A DNA stretch of 64,000 nt from Candidatus Saccharimonadia bacterium (lineage in GTDB: Bacteria > Patescibacteriota > SICC01). Where the stretch lies: positions 485,136 to 549,135 of the forward strand of contig JANWJF010000001.1 in assembly GCA_025449535.1 (NCBI GenBank), given 5' to 3'. The notes beneath the pieces were generated by a model. It was not told where the DNA came from. It ran no database searches and saw only the letters and a program-made list of their open reading frames with translations. This document shows, piece after piece, positions 37,155 to 46,820 of this stretch (position 1 is its first letter; the number at the start of each line of letters is the position of its first letter). Made by a program: the position numbers and the translations under genes.

Positions 37155-39248
37155 ATGGCCAAACGACGCACCAAACGAACACGAGCCCGTACGCGCAAGA
37201 GCCCGGCCCGGCGCCGCACCCGGCGGTCGGAACCGGAGCCGCGCGAGCCGCTGGTCCACCCGGACACCGCCCGGCAGATCCTGGCGATCGCCTTGCTGGC
37301 CGGGGGGTTGGTGCTCGCCTTGGCGTTAGTGGGCGTCGGCGGTCCGGCCGGTTCGGCCGTGGCACTCTGGGCGAAGCAGGCCGTCGGGGCCGTCGCCTGG
37401 GTGCTGCCGCCGGCCGCCGTCTACGCCGGCTGGCGCCTGTACCGCCGCGAGGAGCTGCCCCGGCATCTCGTAGTAGGGTTCTTGATCACGGCTGCGGCGG
37501 TCACCGCCCTGCTGCACCTGCTGGTGAAGGTCGACGAGCTCCCGGCTGCCACGGACGGTACGTTCGGCGGTCTCCTCGGGTACGCCTTGTCGGCTTCATT
37601 CACGTACGCGGTGGGCGGTATCGTCAGCCTGATCGTCTTCCTGGCGCTCCTGGCCGTCGGCGTCCTGGTGATGACCAACCGCTCCAAGGCGGGTGCCGGG
37701 CCGACCGTCGAGCAGACCCCGCCGCCGAAGCGCAGCGACCCGGTCCCGCCGACCGCTCCGCCGGCCCCGAAGGAACGCCCGGCACAGCCGGTCGCCGCCC
37801 CGACCGAGTTCACGCCGCGGGTGGTCGACAAGGCCTGGGAGCAGCCGCCGATCTCGTTGCTGTCGGACGACACCTCCGAGGCGGACGCCGGCGACACCAA
37901 GCACATGGCGGCGATCATCGAGCAGACGTTGGCGAACTTCAACGTCGAGGCCAAGGTGGACCACGTGCACGTCGGTCCGACGGTGACCCAGTTCGAGCTG
38001 CGCCCGGCACCCGGCGTGAAGGTCACCGAGATCACCCAGCGGTCGAATGACCTGGCGCTGGCCCTGGCCGCGCACCCGATCCGGATCCAGGCGCCGATCC
38101 CCGGCAAGGCCTCCGTCGGTATCGAAGTGCCGAATCAGAAGGCCGCCACGGTCCGGCTCCGGCAGATGTTCGAGACCAAGGCGTTCAAAGACGGCGGCGC
38201 GTTGCCGCTGGCGCTCGGCCTCGACGTCTCCGGCCAGCCGGTGGTTACCGACCTCTCGACGATGCCGCACCTCTTGATCGCCGGACAGACCGGCTCCGGC
38301 AAGTCCGTGGCGATCAACGCGATCCTGATGAGCCTGCTCTTCACCCACTCGCCTCGGCACCTCCGGTTGCTGATGGTCGACCCCAAGCGCGTCGAGCTCA
38401 CCAACTACAACGACATCCCGCACCTCCTGGCGCCGGTGATCGTCGAGTCGCCGAAGGTGGTCAACGCGCTGAAGTGGGTGGTCTCCGAGATGGAACGGCG
38501 CTACCAGGTGTTCCAGGAGGCCGGCGCCCGGAACCTCATCGAGTACAACAAGGGCGCCAGCCGAAGCGGAGCGAAGGCGTCTGACGCCAAGGACGAGATG
38601 CCATACTTAGTGATCGTCGTCGATGAGCTGGCCGACCTGATGCAGGTGGCCGGCAAGGCGGTGGAAGGCACGATCACCCGGATCGCCCAATTGGCCCGGG
38701 CGACCGGCATCCACCTGATCATCGCCACCCAGCGGCCGAGCACGAACGTGATCACCGGCGTGATCAAGGCGAACTTCCCGAGCCGGATCGCCTTCGCGGT
38801 CAGTTCTAACACCGACTCGCGGGTGATCCTCGATTCCGGCGGCGCGGACAAGCTGCTCGGCAAGGGCGACTCGCTGTTCATCACCGCCAGCACGCCGCAG
38901 CCGATCCGAGTGCAGGGTGCCTACGTGGAGACGCGCGAAGCCAACGCCCTGACCGACTTCTTGAAGGGCAAGGGCGAGCCGGTCTATGAGGAGTCGGTGA
39001 CCGAGTCACAACCGGGCGGTCCCGGCGCCAGTGGCGAGGGAGACGGCGGCGGGGACGATCCGATGTACGAGGAGGCCAAGGCCGAGGTGATCCGCGCCAA
39101 GAAGGCCTCGACTTCATACCTGCAGCGCCGGCTGCGGATCGGCTACGGCCGAGCCGCGCGCCTGATCGACACGCTCGAGGAGAACGGCGTGATCGGTCCG
39201 GGCGAAGGCGCCAAGCCGCGCGAAGTCCTGATCGACCCGGAGGAATAG
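37155..39248 (+). CDS. ftsK: DNA translocase FtsK/SpoIIIE
   Basis: N-terminal TMs, AGQTGSGKS, VDELADL, ATQRPS, gamma domain LQRRLRIGYGRAAR. Confidence 0.97.
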   Translation: MAKRRTKRTRARTRKSPARRRTRRSEPEPREPLVHPDTARQILAIALLAGGLVLALALVGVGGPAGSAVALWAKQAVGAVAWVLPPAAVYAGWRLYRREELPRHLVVGFLITAAAVTALLHLLVKVDELPAATDGTFGGLLGYALSASFTYAVGGIVSLIVFLALLAVGVLVMTNRSKAGAGPTVEQTPPPKRSDPVPPTAPPAPKERPAQPVAAPTEFTPRVVDKAWEQPPISLLSDDTSEADAGDTKHMAAIIEQTLANFNVEAKVDHVHVGPTVTQFELRPAPGVKVTEITQRSNDLALALAAHPIRIQAPIPGKASVGIEVPNQKAATVRLRQMFETKAFKDGGALPLALGLDVSGQPVVTDLSTMPHLLIAGQTGSGKSVAINAILMSLLFTHSPRHLRLLMVDPKRVELTNYNDIPHLLAPVIVESPKVVNALKWVVSEMERRYQVFQEAGARNLIEYNKGASRSGAKASDAKDEMPYLVIVVDELADLMQVAGKAVEGTITRIAQLARATGIHLIIATQRPSTNVITGVIKANFPSRIAFAVSSNTDSRVILDSGGADKLLGKGDSLFITASTPQPIRVQGAYVETREANALTDFLKGKGEPVYEESVTESQPGGPGASGEGDGGGDDPMYEEAKAEVIRAKKASTSYLQRRLRIGYGRAARLIDTLEENGVIGPGEGAKPREVLIDPEE

Positions 39249-39249
39249 C

Positions 39250-39729
39250 ATGGCGATGCGCGAACCGTCGTCCATCTGGCGCCGCCTGCTGCTCCTGGTA
39301 ATGGCGGTGTCGCTGCTGGCCATCGCGATAGACGTCGTCTCGGACGGCTGGGGGTTCTACGACAAGCGGGTGAACGCCGCCAAGGAGCTTGCCAGGATCG
39401 TCTCGGTACCCCAACTCAAGCTGGTGCCGCCCCACGTGGATAAGATCTCCGAGAAGCGTGACGTCGGCGAACAGTGTTTCATCCGGGTCTGCACCGAGAG
39501 CCCCGTCAGCGTCCGGCAGGACTTCCTATTCCCCGGCTCGAAGTCGGAGATCATCGGGTTCTACGACCGGGCGTTCGTCGGGCATGGCTGGGACTGGTCC
39601 AAGGGTCCGAAGAGCGCTACGTATACGCACGGGACGTCCGAGCAGGACTGCGTGTCGGCGACCCTGACCTTCGAGCAGGAGACCATCTATCGCCTGACCT
39701 ACACGCCGGACTGCGGCTGGCGGCGGTAA
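39250..39729 (+). CDS. Membrane-anchored extracytoplasmic protein with two Cys pairs
   Basis: N-terminal TM; CFIRVC, C..C; FY...F...GW motif. Confidence 0.7.
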   Translation: MAMREPSSIWRRLLLLVMAVSLLAIAIDVVSDGWGFYDKRVNAAKELARIVSVPQLKLVPPHVDKISEKRDVGEQCFIRVCTESPVSVRQDFLFPGSKSEIIGFYDRAFVGHGWDWSKGPKSATYTHGTSEQDCVSATLTFEQETIYRLTYTPDCGWRR

Positions 39730-39830
39730 GCCACGGCACTCTGATACAATCAACCGTTAGCCGGTTCCGGCTAGCGAACTTCGCCTCGAACCTTCGACAG
39801 ACCCGCGTAATCCTGACGAAAGGAGCGTCC

Positions 39831-40067
39831 ATGCGGACGACGACGTATGTACTCGGTTCCATCGTGGTCTTCATCGCGATGATCGCGGTACCGTTGTATG
39901 GCATGGCCGCTCTTTCCGAGGTCACTGGTGGCCATGTCGAGTGGGTGATTTACACCAGGGTCGTCTTGGCCCTGTTGCCAGTACAAATCCTGACGGGCGG
40001 TTGGTTCGGCTGCATCCTGGACTTCTTCTACAAGCAAGCAAACCGGGAAAGGCAGGTATCGCGATGA
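39831..40067 (+). CDS. Small 2-TM protein, 78 aa (MRTTTYVLG..)
   Basis: SD GAAAGGAG; two hydrophobic helices. Confidence 0.75.
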   Translation: MRTTTYVLGSIVVFIAMIAVPLYGMAALSEVTGGHVEWVIYTRVVLALLPVQILTGGWFGCILDFFYKQANRERQVSR

Positions 40068-40288
40068 GGCTGGTCCTCCGTGTGTGTGTCGCGTGGTCGG
40101 CCGTCGTGGTGGGATCGGCGTTCCCGGCACTTCTGGCGGAGGTCGCCGGCAAGGACGTCGATTACGTTGCGCTAGGTCTCCACTACGTCGACCGGCTTCC
40201 CTTGCTCGTAGCGCTTTACGTCGTCTTGGCGGTGATAGTCCCTTGGGGCGACCACCTTACGAGACAAGACGCGCTCAGCTCCCCATGA
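40064..40288 (+). CDS. Small 2-TM protein, 74 aa (MRLVLRV..)
   Basis: ATGA overlap with the previous gene; two hydrophobic helices. Confidence 0.7.
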   Translation: MRLVLRVCVAWSAVVVGSAFPALLAEVAGKDVDYVALGLHYVDRLPLLVALYVVLAVIVPWGDHLTRQDALSSP

Positions 40289-40296
40289 TTCGGGTC

Positions 40297-40360
40297 GCGC
40301 CCGGAAAAGGTCCTTGCGATTCACTTCGCAGCCGACCTTTTCCGGGCGCTTCCTCTTTTT
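40297..40360 (+). terminator. Long hairpin with T-tract
   Basis: GCGCCCGGAAAAGGTC/GACCTTTTCCGGGCGC 16-bp stem followed by TTCCTCTTTTT. Confidence 0.7.
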
Positions 40361-40443
40361 CGTCAAGAAATCTTTTTGAACCTTTTTTAGAAGCCGCGCC
40401 GACCCCGCCGGACGGACTATCCGCATGCGCTACACTGGACATC

Positions 40444-41439
40444 GTGATCCAATTCAAGAGACGCCAGCTGAAAAGCGACAAGCCGCTGTCTGAGCAACTC
40501 AAGGAAGTGCGCCGGACGGCCAAGCTCACGTTCGAGCAGATCGCGATCGAGACGAAGATCCCGAAGAAGTACCTCCGGGCGCTCGAGCAAGGCAAATACG
40601 AGGAGCTGCCGGCGGAAGTCTACGTCCGCGGGTTCCTCGAGAACTACGCCTCGTACCTCGGCTTCCCGCAGGACGAGGTGTTGACCCAGTACCGCCGCGA
40701 GCGCGGGGTTTCCGGGCGCAAGGCACCCTCGCTGGATCTCCCGAAGCGGTCGGTTGAGCAGCCGAAGCTGACGATCACGCCGCGGACGCTCGGCTTGGTG
40801 ACGGCCTCCGTGCTCCTGCTGACCGTCGTCGGCTACCTGATCACGCAGATCACCGGCTTCGCCTCGCCGCCGGACCTCGAGATCACCGGTCCGGTCGCGG
40901 ACGCACGCGTCGCCGACGACCGGGTGACGGTATCCGGCAAGACGGAGTCGGACGCGCAGGTCTTCATCAACAACCAGCCGATCCCCACCGACACGGACGG
41001 CAGCTTCAAGGAGACGGTGACGCTGCCGGCCGGCACCAACTCGCTGCGTATCGTGGCGCGCGACCAGAACGGCCGCGAGCGGATCGAGATCCGTTCGGTG
41101 GTGGTGACGCCGGGCGGGCCGCAGAGCCCGCAACCCAAGGGGACCACGGCATCCGGCGCGCTGTTCGTCGTGAAGGTCGGCCCGAACAGTGCCTTCGTGG
41201 AGATCAACACGGACGGCAAGACCGCGTTCGACGGACTGATGGCGCCGGGGAGTACCCAGACCTTCACCGCCAAAGATCGTGTGCTGGTCACGACCTCGAA
41301 CGGCGGCAGTACGACGGTCACCGTCAACGGCAAGGGCCAAGGCACACTGGGCAGCGAAGGGCAGTTCCGGGAAGGCGTGCAGTTCCTGGTGAAGGACTTC
41401 GTACAGTCGACGCCGAGCCCGAGTCCGCGACCGGAATAA
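40444..41439 (+). CDS. rodZ: RodZ-like protein (HTH, TM, Ig-like domain, DUF4115)
   Basis: YLRALEQG.YEELP..YVRGF..YA.YLG; TACACT 7 nt before GTG. Confidence 0.85.
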   Translation: MIQFKRRQLKSDKPLSEQLKEVRRTAKLTFEQIAIETKIPKKYLRALEQGKYEELPAEVYVRGFLENYASYLGFPQDEVLTQYRRERGVSGRKAPSLDLPKRSVEQPKLTITPRTLGLVTASVLLLTVVGYLITQITGFASPPDLEITGPVADARVADDRVTVSGKTESDAQVFINNQPIPTDTDGSFKETVTLPAGTNSLRIVARDQNGRERIEIRSVVVTPGGPQSPQPKGTTASGALFVVKVGPNSAFVEINTDGKTAFDGLMAPGSTQTFTAKDRVLVTTSNGGSTTVTVNGKGQGTLGSEGQFREGVQFLVKDFVQSTPSPSPRPE

Positions 41440-41461
41440 CCGCCGGTGGTATGGTGATGAC

Positions 41462-42019
41462 ATGAGGCTCGGGAGGCGTCAGCCTGAGGGGGAAGCGGTA
41501 CCGCAGCACGAACGGCTTTGGAAGCCTTCGGAAGGGCTGTCCATCGTGGACGGGGACACGCGCGACGAGCTGGTCGCGCAGTTCAACGGGATGACGAACC
41601 GGGATACTAACCCGAGTCGGGATTACCGCGACGGTGTTCTTTATCTTGGCGAATCGAGGATAGAGTATGCCCGGTCAGCCGATCTACTTACAGGCCTGGC
41701 AGACGATGATTTTGGTGTATTCCAGATCGATGCCTTAGGGCCGTATGCACCCGAAACGGTCCGAAACATGCGGTTTTACATCTGCTCCGAGGCTCTTGCT
41801 GAAGCAGGAAAGGAGGACTGGGCTTGTCTGCTTGAAGGTAGTCACCTACTCCCGGGCGACGTTGCTCTCCCGCTGCCTGGCAAGTCGTTCGACCCGAAGC
41901 CGATTCTGCCCGATGCAGTGGAGTTTGCTCTGAAGGAAATGCGCTGGCACGAAGAGCTGCGGAAAGCCGTAAAAGAACGACGTCGACCTACCTTTCCGAG
42001 ACCTCGTTTGGCCGTCTAA
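41462..42019 (+). CDS. Hypothetical protein
   Basis: ORF with TATGGT 6 nt before ATG. Confidence 0.65.
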   Translation: MRLGRRQPEGEAVPQHERLWKPSEGLSIVDGDTRDELVAQFNGMTNRDTNPSRDYRDGVLYLGESRIEYARSADLLTGLADDDFGVFQIDALGPYAPETVRNMRFYICSEALAEAGKEDWACLLEGSHLLPGDVALPLPGKSFDPKPILPDAVEFALKEMRWHEELRKAVKERRRPTFPRPRLAV

Positions 42020-42029
42020 TAAGCTAAAG

Positions 42030-42057
42030 TTGACATAGGTATACATTAGTATACTAT
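42030..42057 (+). promoter_or_regulatory. recA promoter (TTGACA..TACTAT) with overlapping palindrome GTATAC-N4-GTATAC
   Basis: -35 at 42030-42035, -10 at 42052-42057, palindrome at 42039-42054. Confidence 0.65.
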
Positions 42058-42181
42058 CTATTCGTGTCCGGTTAGATCGCGTTTCGACGACAGGTATCCA
42101 CTAGTCATCCACTTGAAACAGCAAGCGACCATAAGGTAGCCTGAAAAGACCGACAAATAATAAATTACGAAGGAAGGTATC

Positions 42182-43297
42182 ATGACACCAGTGGCAGAGA
42201 ATCCCGCCAAGACGACCAAGGAACCGACGGCCAAGCAGGCCCCGGCCAAGACGGCGAAGGAACCGAAGGACGACAAGCCCGTCGGCCAGTTCGTGGTGAG
42301 CGACAAGGTCCGCAAGGAGAAGACCGAGGCGGTCGACATGGCGCTGGCCCAGATCGAGAAGCAGTTCGGCAAGGGCGCGATCATGAAGTTCGACGCCGAC
42401 AGCAAGATGAACGTGGAGTCGGTCTCTACCGGTTCGCTCTCGCTGGACTTGGCGCTCGGCGTCGGCGGCATCCCGAAGGGCCGGATCATCGAGGTCTACG
42501 GTCCGGAATCCAGCGGCAAGACCACGCTGGCCAGCCATATGATCGCCCAGATACAAAAGGAGGGCGGCACCGCCGCGTTCATCGACGCGGAACACGCGTT
42601 CGACCCGGAGTACGCCAAGAAGCTTGGCGTGGACGTCGATGAACTGCTGATCTCGCAGCCCGATGCCGGCGAACAGGCCCTCGACATCGCGGAGACGCTG
42701 ATCAAGAGCGGCGGCATCGACATGATCGTGGTCGATTCCGTGGCCGCGCTGACGCCGCGGGCGGAGATCGAAGGCGACATGGGCGATTCGCACATGGGTC
42801 TGCATGCCCGGCTGATGAGCCAGGCGCTCCGGAAGCTGACCGGGGCCATCTCCCGATCCAATACCACGGTCGTGTTCATCAACCAGATCCGGATGAAGAT
42901 CGGTGTGATGTTCGGCAGCCCCGAGACCGTCACCGGCGGTAACGCGCTGAAGTTCTACTCCTCCGTACGCCTGGACATCCGCCGGGTCGCTCAGCTCAAG
43001 GACGGCGAGACCGTCATCGGCAACCGGACCCGCGTGAAGATCGTGAAGAACAAGGTCGCGCCGCCGTTCCGGACCGCCGAGTTCGACATCATGTACGGCC
43101 AGGGCATCTCGTACGAGGGTGACGTGCTCGACCTTGGCGTGGAGCAGGAGATCGTCCAGAAGGCCGGCGCCTGGTACGAGTACGAAGGTGCCAAGCTCGG
43201 TCAGGGCCGCGAGGCCGCCAAGCAGTACCTCAAGGACAATCCGAAGGTCGTCCAGACGATCGAGCGGAAGGTCCGCGAGGCCGCGGTCGCCGACTGA
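42182..43297 (+). CDS. recA: Recombinase RecA
   Basis: [30 protein letters not shown]. Confidence 0.99.
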   Translation: MTPVAENPAKTTKEPTAKQAPAKTAKEPKDDKPVGQFVVSDKVRKEKTEAVDMALAQIEKQFGKGAIMKFDADSKMNVESVSTGSLSLDLALGVGGIPKGRIIEVYGPESSGKTTLASHMIAQIQKEGGTAAFIDAEHAFDPEYAKKLGVDVDELLISQPDAGEQALDIAETLIKSGGIDMIVVDSVAALTPRAEIEGDMGDSHMGLHARLMSQALRKLTGAISRSNTTVVFINQIRMKIGVMFGSPETVTGGNALKFYSSVRLDIRRVAQLKDGETVIGNRTRVKIVKNKVAPPFRTAEFDIMYGQGISYEGDVLDLGVEQEIVQKAGAWYEYEGAKLGQGREAAKQYLKDNPKVVQTIERKVREAAVAD

Positions 43298-43300
43298 ACC

Positions 43301-43918
43301 ATGCAAATCACCAAGGTCGAGAAGCAGGAGAAACGGGATCGCTACAACGTCTACGCGGATGGGAAGTTCCTGACCGCCCTGGACGCCCTGGTGCTGGCCG
43401 ACTCGGACGTCCGCGAAGGCGAGATCATCACGAACTCGGAACTGGCGAAGCTGCTGCAGCGCGACCGGTTCGCGAAGGCGCTGACCAAGGCCTACTCCCT
43501 GCTGGCCCGGCGTCCGCACGCCTCGGCCGAGTTGGCCCGCAAGCTGCGGGAACGGCGCTACCCCAAGGAACTGATCGAGGAAGTCCTCGAACACCTTACC
43601 CGCCTCGGCTACATAGACGACGCGGCCTTCGCGCGGGAATGGGTCCGTCAGCGCGGGACGTCACGCGGCCCACGCGTGTTACGGGCGGAACTCCGCCAAC
43701 GCGGCGTGACTGACGAGGCCGCCGCCGCGGCGTTGGAGGACTTGGACGATCCGGCCGAAGCCATCCGGAGCCTTGCGGAAAAGCGACTGCAACGCTTCCG
43801 GAGCGAGACACCGGAAAAGGCCCGTGAGAAGACGATCGCGTTCCTGCAAAGGCGAGGGTACGCGTTCGGGGAGATCCGGACCGTGCTGGACGGGATGAGG
43901 CCTAGCGGGAGAACCTGA
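43301..43918 (+). CDS. recX: Regulatory protein RecX
   Basis: Directly after recA; L.RR..S..EL..KL, GYIDD..FA, LQRRGY. Confidence 0.92.
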   Translation: MQITKVEKQEKRDRYNVYADGKFLTALDALVLADSDVREGEIITNSELAKLLQRDRFAKALTKAYSLLARRPHASAELARKLRERRYPKELIEEVLEHLTRLGYIDDAAFAREWVRQRGTSRGPRVLRAELRQRGVTDEAAAAALEDLDDPAEAIRSLAEKRLQRFRSETPEKAREKTIAFLQRRGYAFGEIRTVLDGMRPSGRT

Positions 43919-44396
43919 CGACGTCCCCGGGTTGGACCGAGTGTTGCCTAGCCCAGCCGGCGGACGTCTCGAGAACCTTGTCCACCGGACCCTCGGGCTG
44001 GTACTTCGGCAGCTGTGCGTCCGGCACGCCGGGTTTTGCTGACGGAACGTTCGACGTTACCTGGGTGACAGTATCGCCGGAAATCCAGACGATATCGATC
44101 GGAAACTCAACGCCCTTCATCCAGATAGTCGGCGTCGTGGGCTCTTCGTAGGCGAACAGAAGAGCACGGTCTTTCATAAGCGGCTCGGCGCCCATCAGCC
44201 CCTTCTCCAGTCTTCCTGGAGAGGTCGCGACATCGGCCCGTACCTTGGCTTGGTCAAGCCGTACGGTCACGGTCACATCGTCGTTGAACTCAGGCGGCTC
44301 GGTGAATTGCATGATGATCAGACCAAGGATTGCAGCCGCAATCAGTACGGCGACGGTAACGACTACCGGATTCCTAAAGAGGTTTTGTATTCGCAT
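43902..44396 (-). CDS. DUF192 family protein
   Basis: GLM, LF.Y, WMK...FPIDIVWI, VLE. Confidence 0.9.
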   Translation of the reverse strand: MRIQNLFRNPVVVTVAVLIAAAILGLIIMQFTEPPEFNDDVTVTVRLDQAKVRADVATSPGRLEKGLMGAEPLMKDRALLFAYEEPTTPTIWMKGVEFPIDIVWISGDTVTQVTSNVPSAKPGVPDAQLPKYQPEGPVDKVLETSAGWARQHSVQPGDVVRFSR

Positions 44397-44462
44397 GGTA
44401 TAGGCAAAAACATATCAATCGTATCATTTTGCGAGAATGCCCGGCTCAGGGTAGGCTGGTAT

Positions 44463-45608
44463 GTGCACTTTCGTGCCTTAACTTTTCGTCGTCGCGGTCG
44501 TCGCGACATCCGTCAATCTCTACCAAGGGAGGCATCTCTCGTGAGTACCCAGGCAGTTTCAGAAGGACCCAAGAGGTCTTCCCTCGCAGTGAAAGTGGGA
44601 ACCACTATCGACGTGTGGGGGCCGTTCGTAGGGCTGATCGCAGCTCTCTACTTGCTGGTCACCTGGCAGGCGAATCCGCTCGAGCTGGGGTTCGACCTCT
44701 TGTTCACGGCCGTGTATTACGTGGCCACGGCGCTCGGGGTCACGGTCGGCTATCACCGGCTGCTGACCCACGAAAGCTTCGAGACCAAGCAATGGGTCAA
44801 AGACGTCTTGGTCGGCCTCGGCATCACGGGCCTGCAGGGCTCGCCGTTCATGTGGGCTGCGGACCATCGGTTGCATCACATGCATACCGACGAGGAGGGC
44901 GACCCGCACAGTCCCCATAAACCCCACGGAGGTTGGCGAGGTCTCTTCCACGCCCACATGGGGTGGCTGTTCGGTTTCTGGAAGAAGTCGCGGTCGGACC
45001 TGATCCCGGACCTCATCGCGGATTCCCACCTGAGGACGCTGAACGCCCTCTTCGTTCCCATCGCGCTGTTCTCGTGGATCGTGTTTCCGTTGCTTGTCGG
45101 CTTGGCAGTCAAGCAGTCGTTGATCGGAGGCGTACAGACCATGTTGTGGGCCGGTTTCGCCCGGGCGTTCCTCGTCCAGCACGTGACCTGGTCCATCAAC
45201 TCGATCTGCCACAAGTTCGGGGAGCGGCCATACGGCATCGACCCCCAGACCGGCATGAGCACCAACGTTCACTGGCGGGTGCTGCTGCTCCTCTCATTCG
45301 GGGAGACCCGTCACCACAACCATCATGCCTTCCCGAACTCCGCGATCCATGGATTTCGGTCGAAGGAGGAATTCCGTGGTGATCGAGCCGGCAGGTTCAT
45401 CCTGTGGCTGGAGAAGCACGGTCTGGCATCGAACATCGGGACCGTTACGCCGGAGGACGAAGTCAAGCGGCAGGAGGGAATCGAACGGCTGAAGCCTAGA
45501 ACACCCCAGCCCGCCGCCTCCTGACGGGAACCCCGCATCGCGATTGACGACGAACGGCATGAAGTACACGACTGGGCCCGGAAGGTCATTTACCAACCTT
45601 CCGGGCCC
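44463..45608 (+). ncRNA. Long-range 5'UTR-3'UTR stem plus hairpin enclosing the desaturase ORF
   Basis: 44463-44515 pairs with 45522-45569 in nested blocks; hairpin 45574-45608. Confidence 0.65.
44541..45524 (+). CDS. Acyl-CoA (delta-9-type) fatty acid desaturase
   Basis: His boxes HRLLTH, HRLHH, HHNHH; DPHSP, FHAHMGW, INSICH; SD AAGGGAGG before GTG. Confidence 0.93.
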   Translation: MSTQAVSEGPKRSSLAVKVGTTIDVWGPFVGLIAALYLLVTWQANPLELGFDLLFTAVYYVATALGVTVGYHRLLTHESFETKQWVKDVLVGLGITGLQGSPFMWAADHRLHHMHTDEEGDPHSPHKPHGGWRGLFHAHMGWLFGFWKKSRSDLIPDLIADSHLRTLNALFVPIALFSWIVFPLLVGLAVKQSLIGGVQTMLWAGFARAFLVQHVTWSINSICHKFGERPYGIDPQTGMSTNVHWRVLLLLSFGETRHHNHHAFPNSAIHGFRSKEEFRGDRAGRFILWLEKHGLASNIGTVTPEDEVKRQEGIERLKPRTPQPAAS

Positions 45609-45620
45609 GGAGCATTTCTG

Positions 45621-45694
45621 TGGGCAATGCTGGACTCGAACCAGCGACCTCCGCGATGTGAACGCGGCGCTCTAGCCGACTGAGCTAATTGCCC
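45621..45694 (-). tRNA. tRNA-Val(CAC)
   Basis: GGGCAAT/ATTGCCC acceptor stem, CCGCG-TTCACAT-CGCGG, GTTCGAGTC. Confidence 0.95.
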
Positions 45695-45835
45695 TCGAGT
45701 AACAGGAATATCGTATCATCGGTCTTTTCGTGTGGCTTGGCCATGCTGCGCCGCGTCAGCGCGGCGGACGTCACGATGGCCGACTGGCTCATTACCCGTG
45801 CAACGCATTAATCGTATCACCGGCTCGAGTGCCGT

Positions 45836-46417
45836 TCAGCGCAGGAACGCGGCGTAGAACGTCTTGCCCGCCTCGGAGACGGTCAGCCGGATGGTACCGG
45901 CGTCCTGCCACCAGGAGCTTCGCGCCCAGCGGCTGTCGCTCGCCGGATAGATCCGGAACTCATAGCCTTTCCCGAACTCGCGCCGGAAGGTGACCGTGGT
46001 GCGCCGGGCGTGGTACGGCGAGGTCACCAGGATCGCCGACCGGATGTCCTGCGCCTCGAACACCGGCTTCAGGAAGCGCGCGTTCTCATTGGTGGTCCGG
46101 GACTGCTCCTCGACTATCGTCGCGGCCAGGGGGACTCCCTGCGAGATCGCCCGCTGCTGCATCACCTTGGCGTTGGAAGTGCCGCGGTCCGCGGCCGCTC
46201 CCGCGAAGACCAGCGTCCGGCCCCAGCCGTCCTTCCAGAGCCGGATGCCGGCGTCCGCGCGGGTGGCCGTCTCGCCGCCGGAGACCACCACGATCGCATC
46301 GGTCTTCTTCAGGTCGTCGCGCGGCGCGATGAACCAGCCGAGCCCGATTACCAGGAGGATGACCGCCGTCGCGAAGGCCAGCAACACGGTCACGGTCCGG
46401 CGCAGCCACCTACTCAT
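45836..46417 (-). CDS. YdcF/DUF218 family protein
   Basis: DAIVVVSGG, EEQSRTT.ENA, LVTSPYHARR. Confidence 0.92.
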   Translation of the reverse strand: MSRWLRRTVTVLLAFATAVILLVIGLGWFIAPRDDLKKTDAIVVVSGGETATRADAGIRLWKDGWGRTLVFAGAAADRGTSNAKVMQQRAISQGVPLAATIVEEQSRTTNENARFLKPVFEAQDIRSAILVTSPYHARRTTVTFRREFGKGYEFRIYPASDSRWARSSWWQDAGTIRLTVSEAGKTFYAAFLR

Positions 46418-46820
46418 CGGCCCGGAACGTCCAGAACTTGTTGCCGATGAAATTCGACGCGACCACGGTCCCGTTGGCCAGCACTTGTGCCGGGAACTCG
46501 TGCATTCCGGTACGTTCGACCAATAGCCAGAGGACGATCAGGTTGACCGTCAGGCCCACCAGCTGGACCGTCGTGAACTTGGCGAGTTTCCCGATCCGAT
46601 GCTTGCCGGCCCGGAAGGTCCAGATCCGGTTCCAAGTGTAGCTATTGAGCGTGGCGATGCTGAACGAGGCGACGGCGGCCGTGAGGTAGTAGACGCCGAG
46701 TACCAGCAGCGCCCCGTACACCGCGAAATTGATAGCGGTCGTCAGTAACCCGACCAGCACGAACTTCACGAACTGGCGCGCGTGCTTGTCGCGTCTGATG
46801 GCGGCGATGGATACGTTCAT
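46410..46820 (-). CDS. GtrA family protein
   Basis: QFVKFVLVG, NR.WTF, NK.WTF. Confidence 0.92.
   Translation of the reverse strand: MNVSIAAIRRDKHARQFVKFVLVGLLTTAINFAVYGALLVLGVYYLTAAVASFSIATLNSYTWNRIWTFRAGKHRIGKLAKFTTVQLVGLTVNLIVLWLLVERTGMHEFPAQVLANGTVVASNFIGNKFWTFRADE

Noticed and set aside
42182-42300. RecA N-terminal extension with an AKT(T/A)KEP duplication, and the long S6 tail
   Set aside because: Low-complexity terminal extensions are common and carry no further signal.
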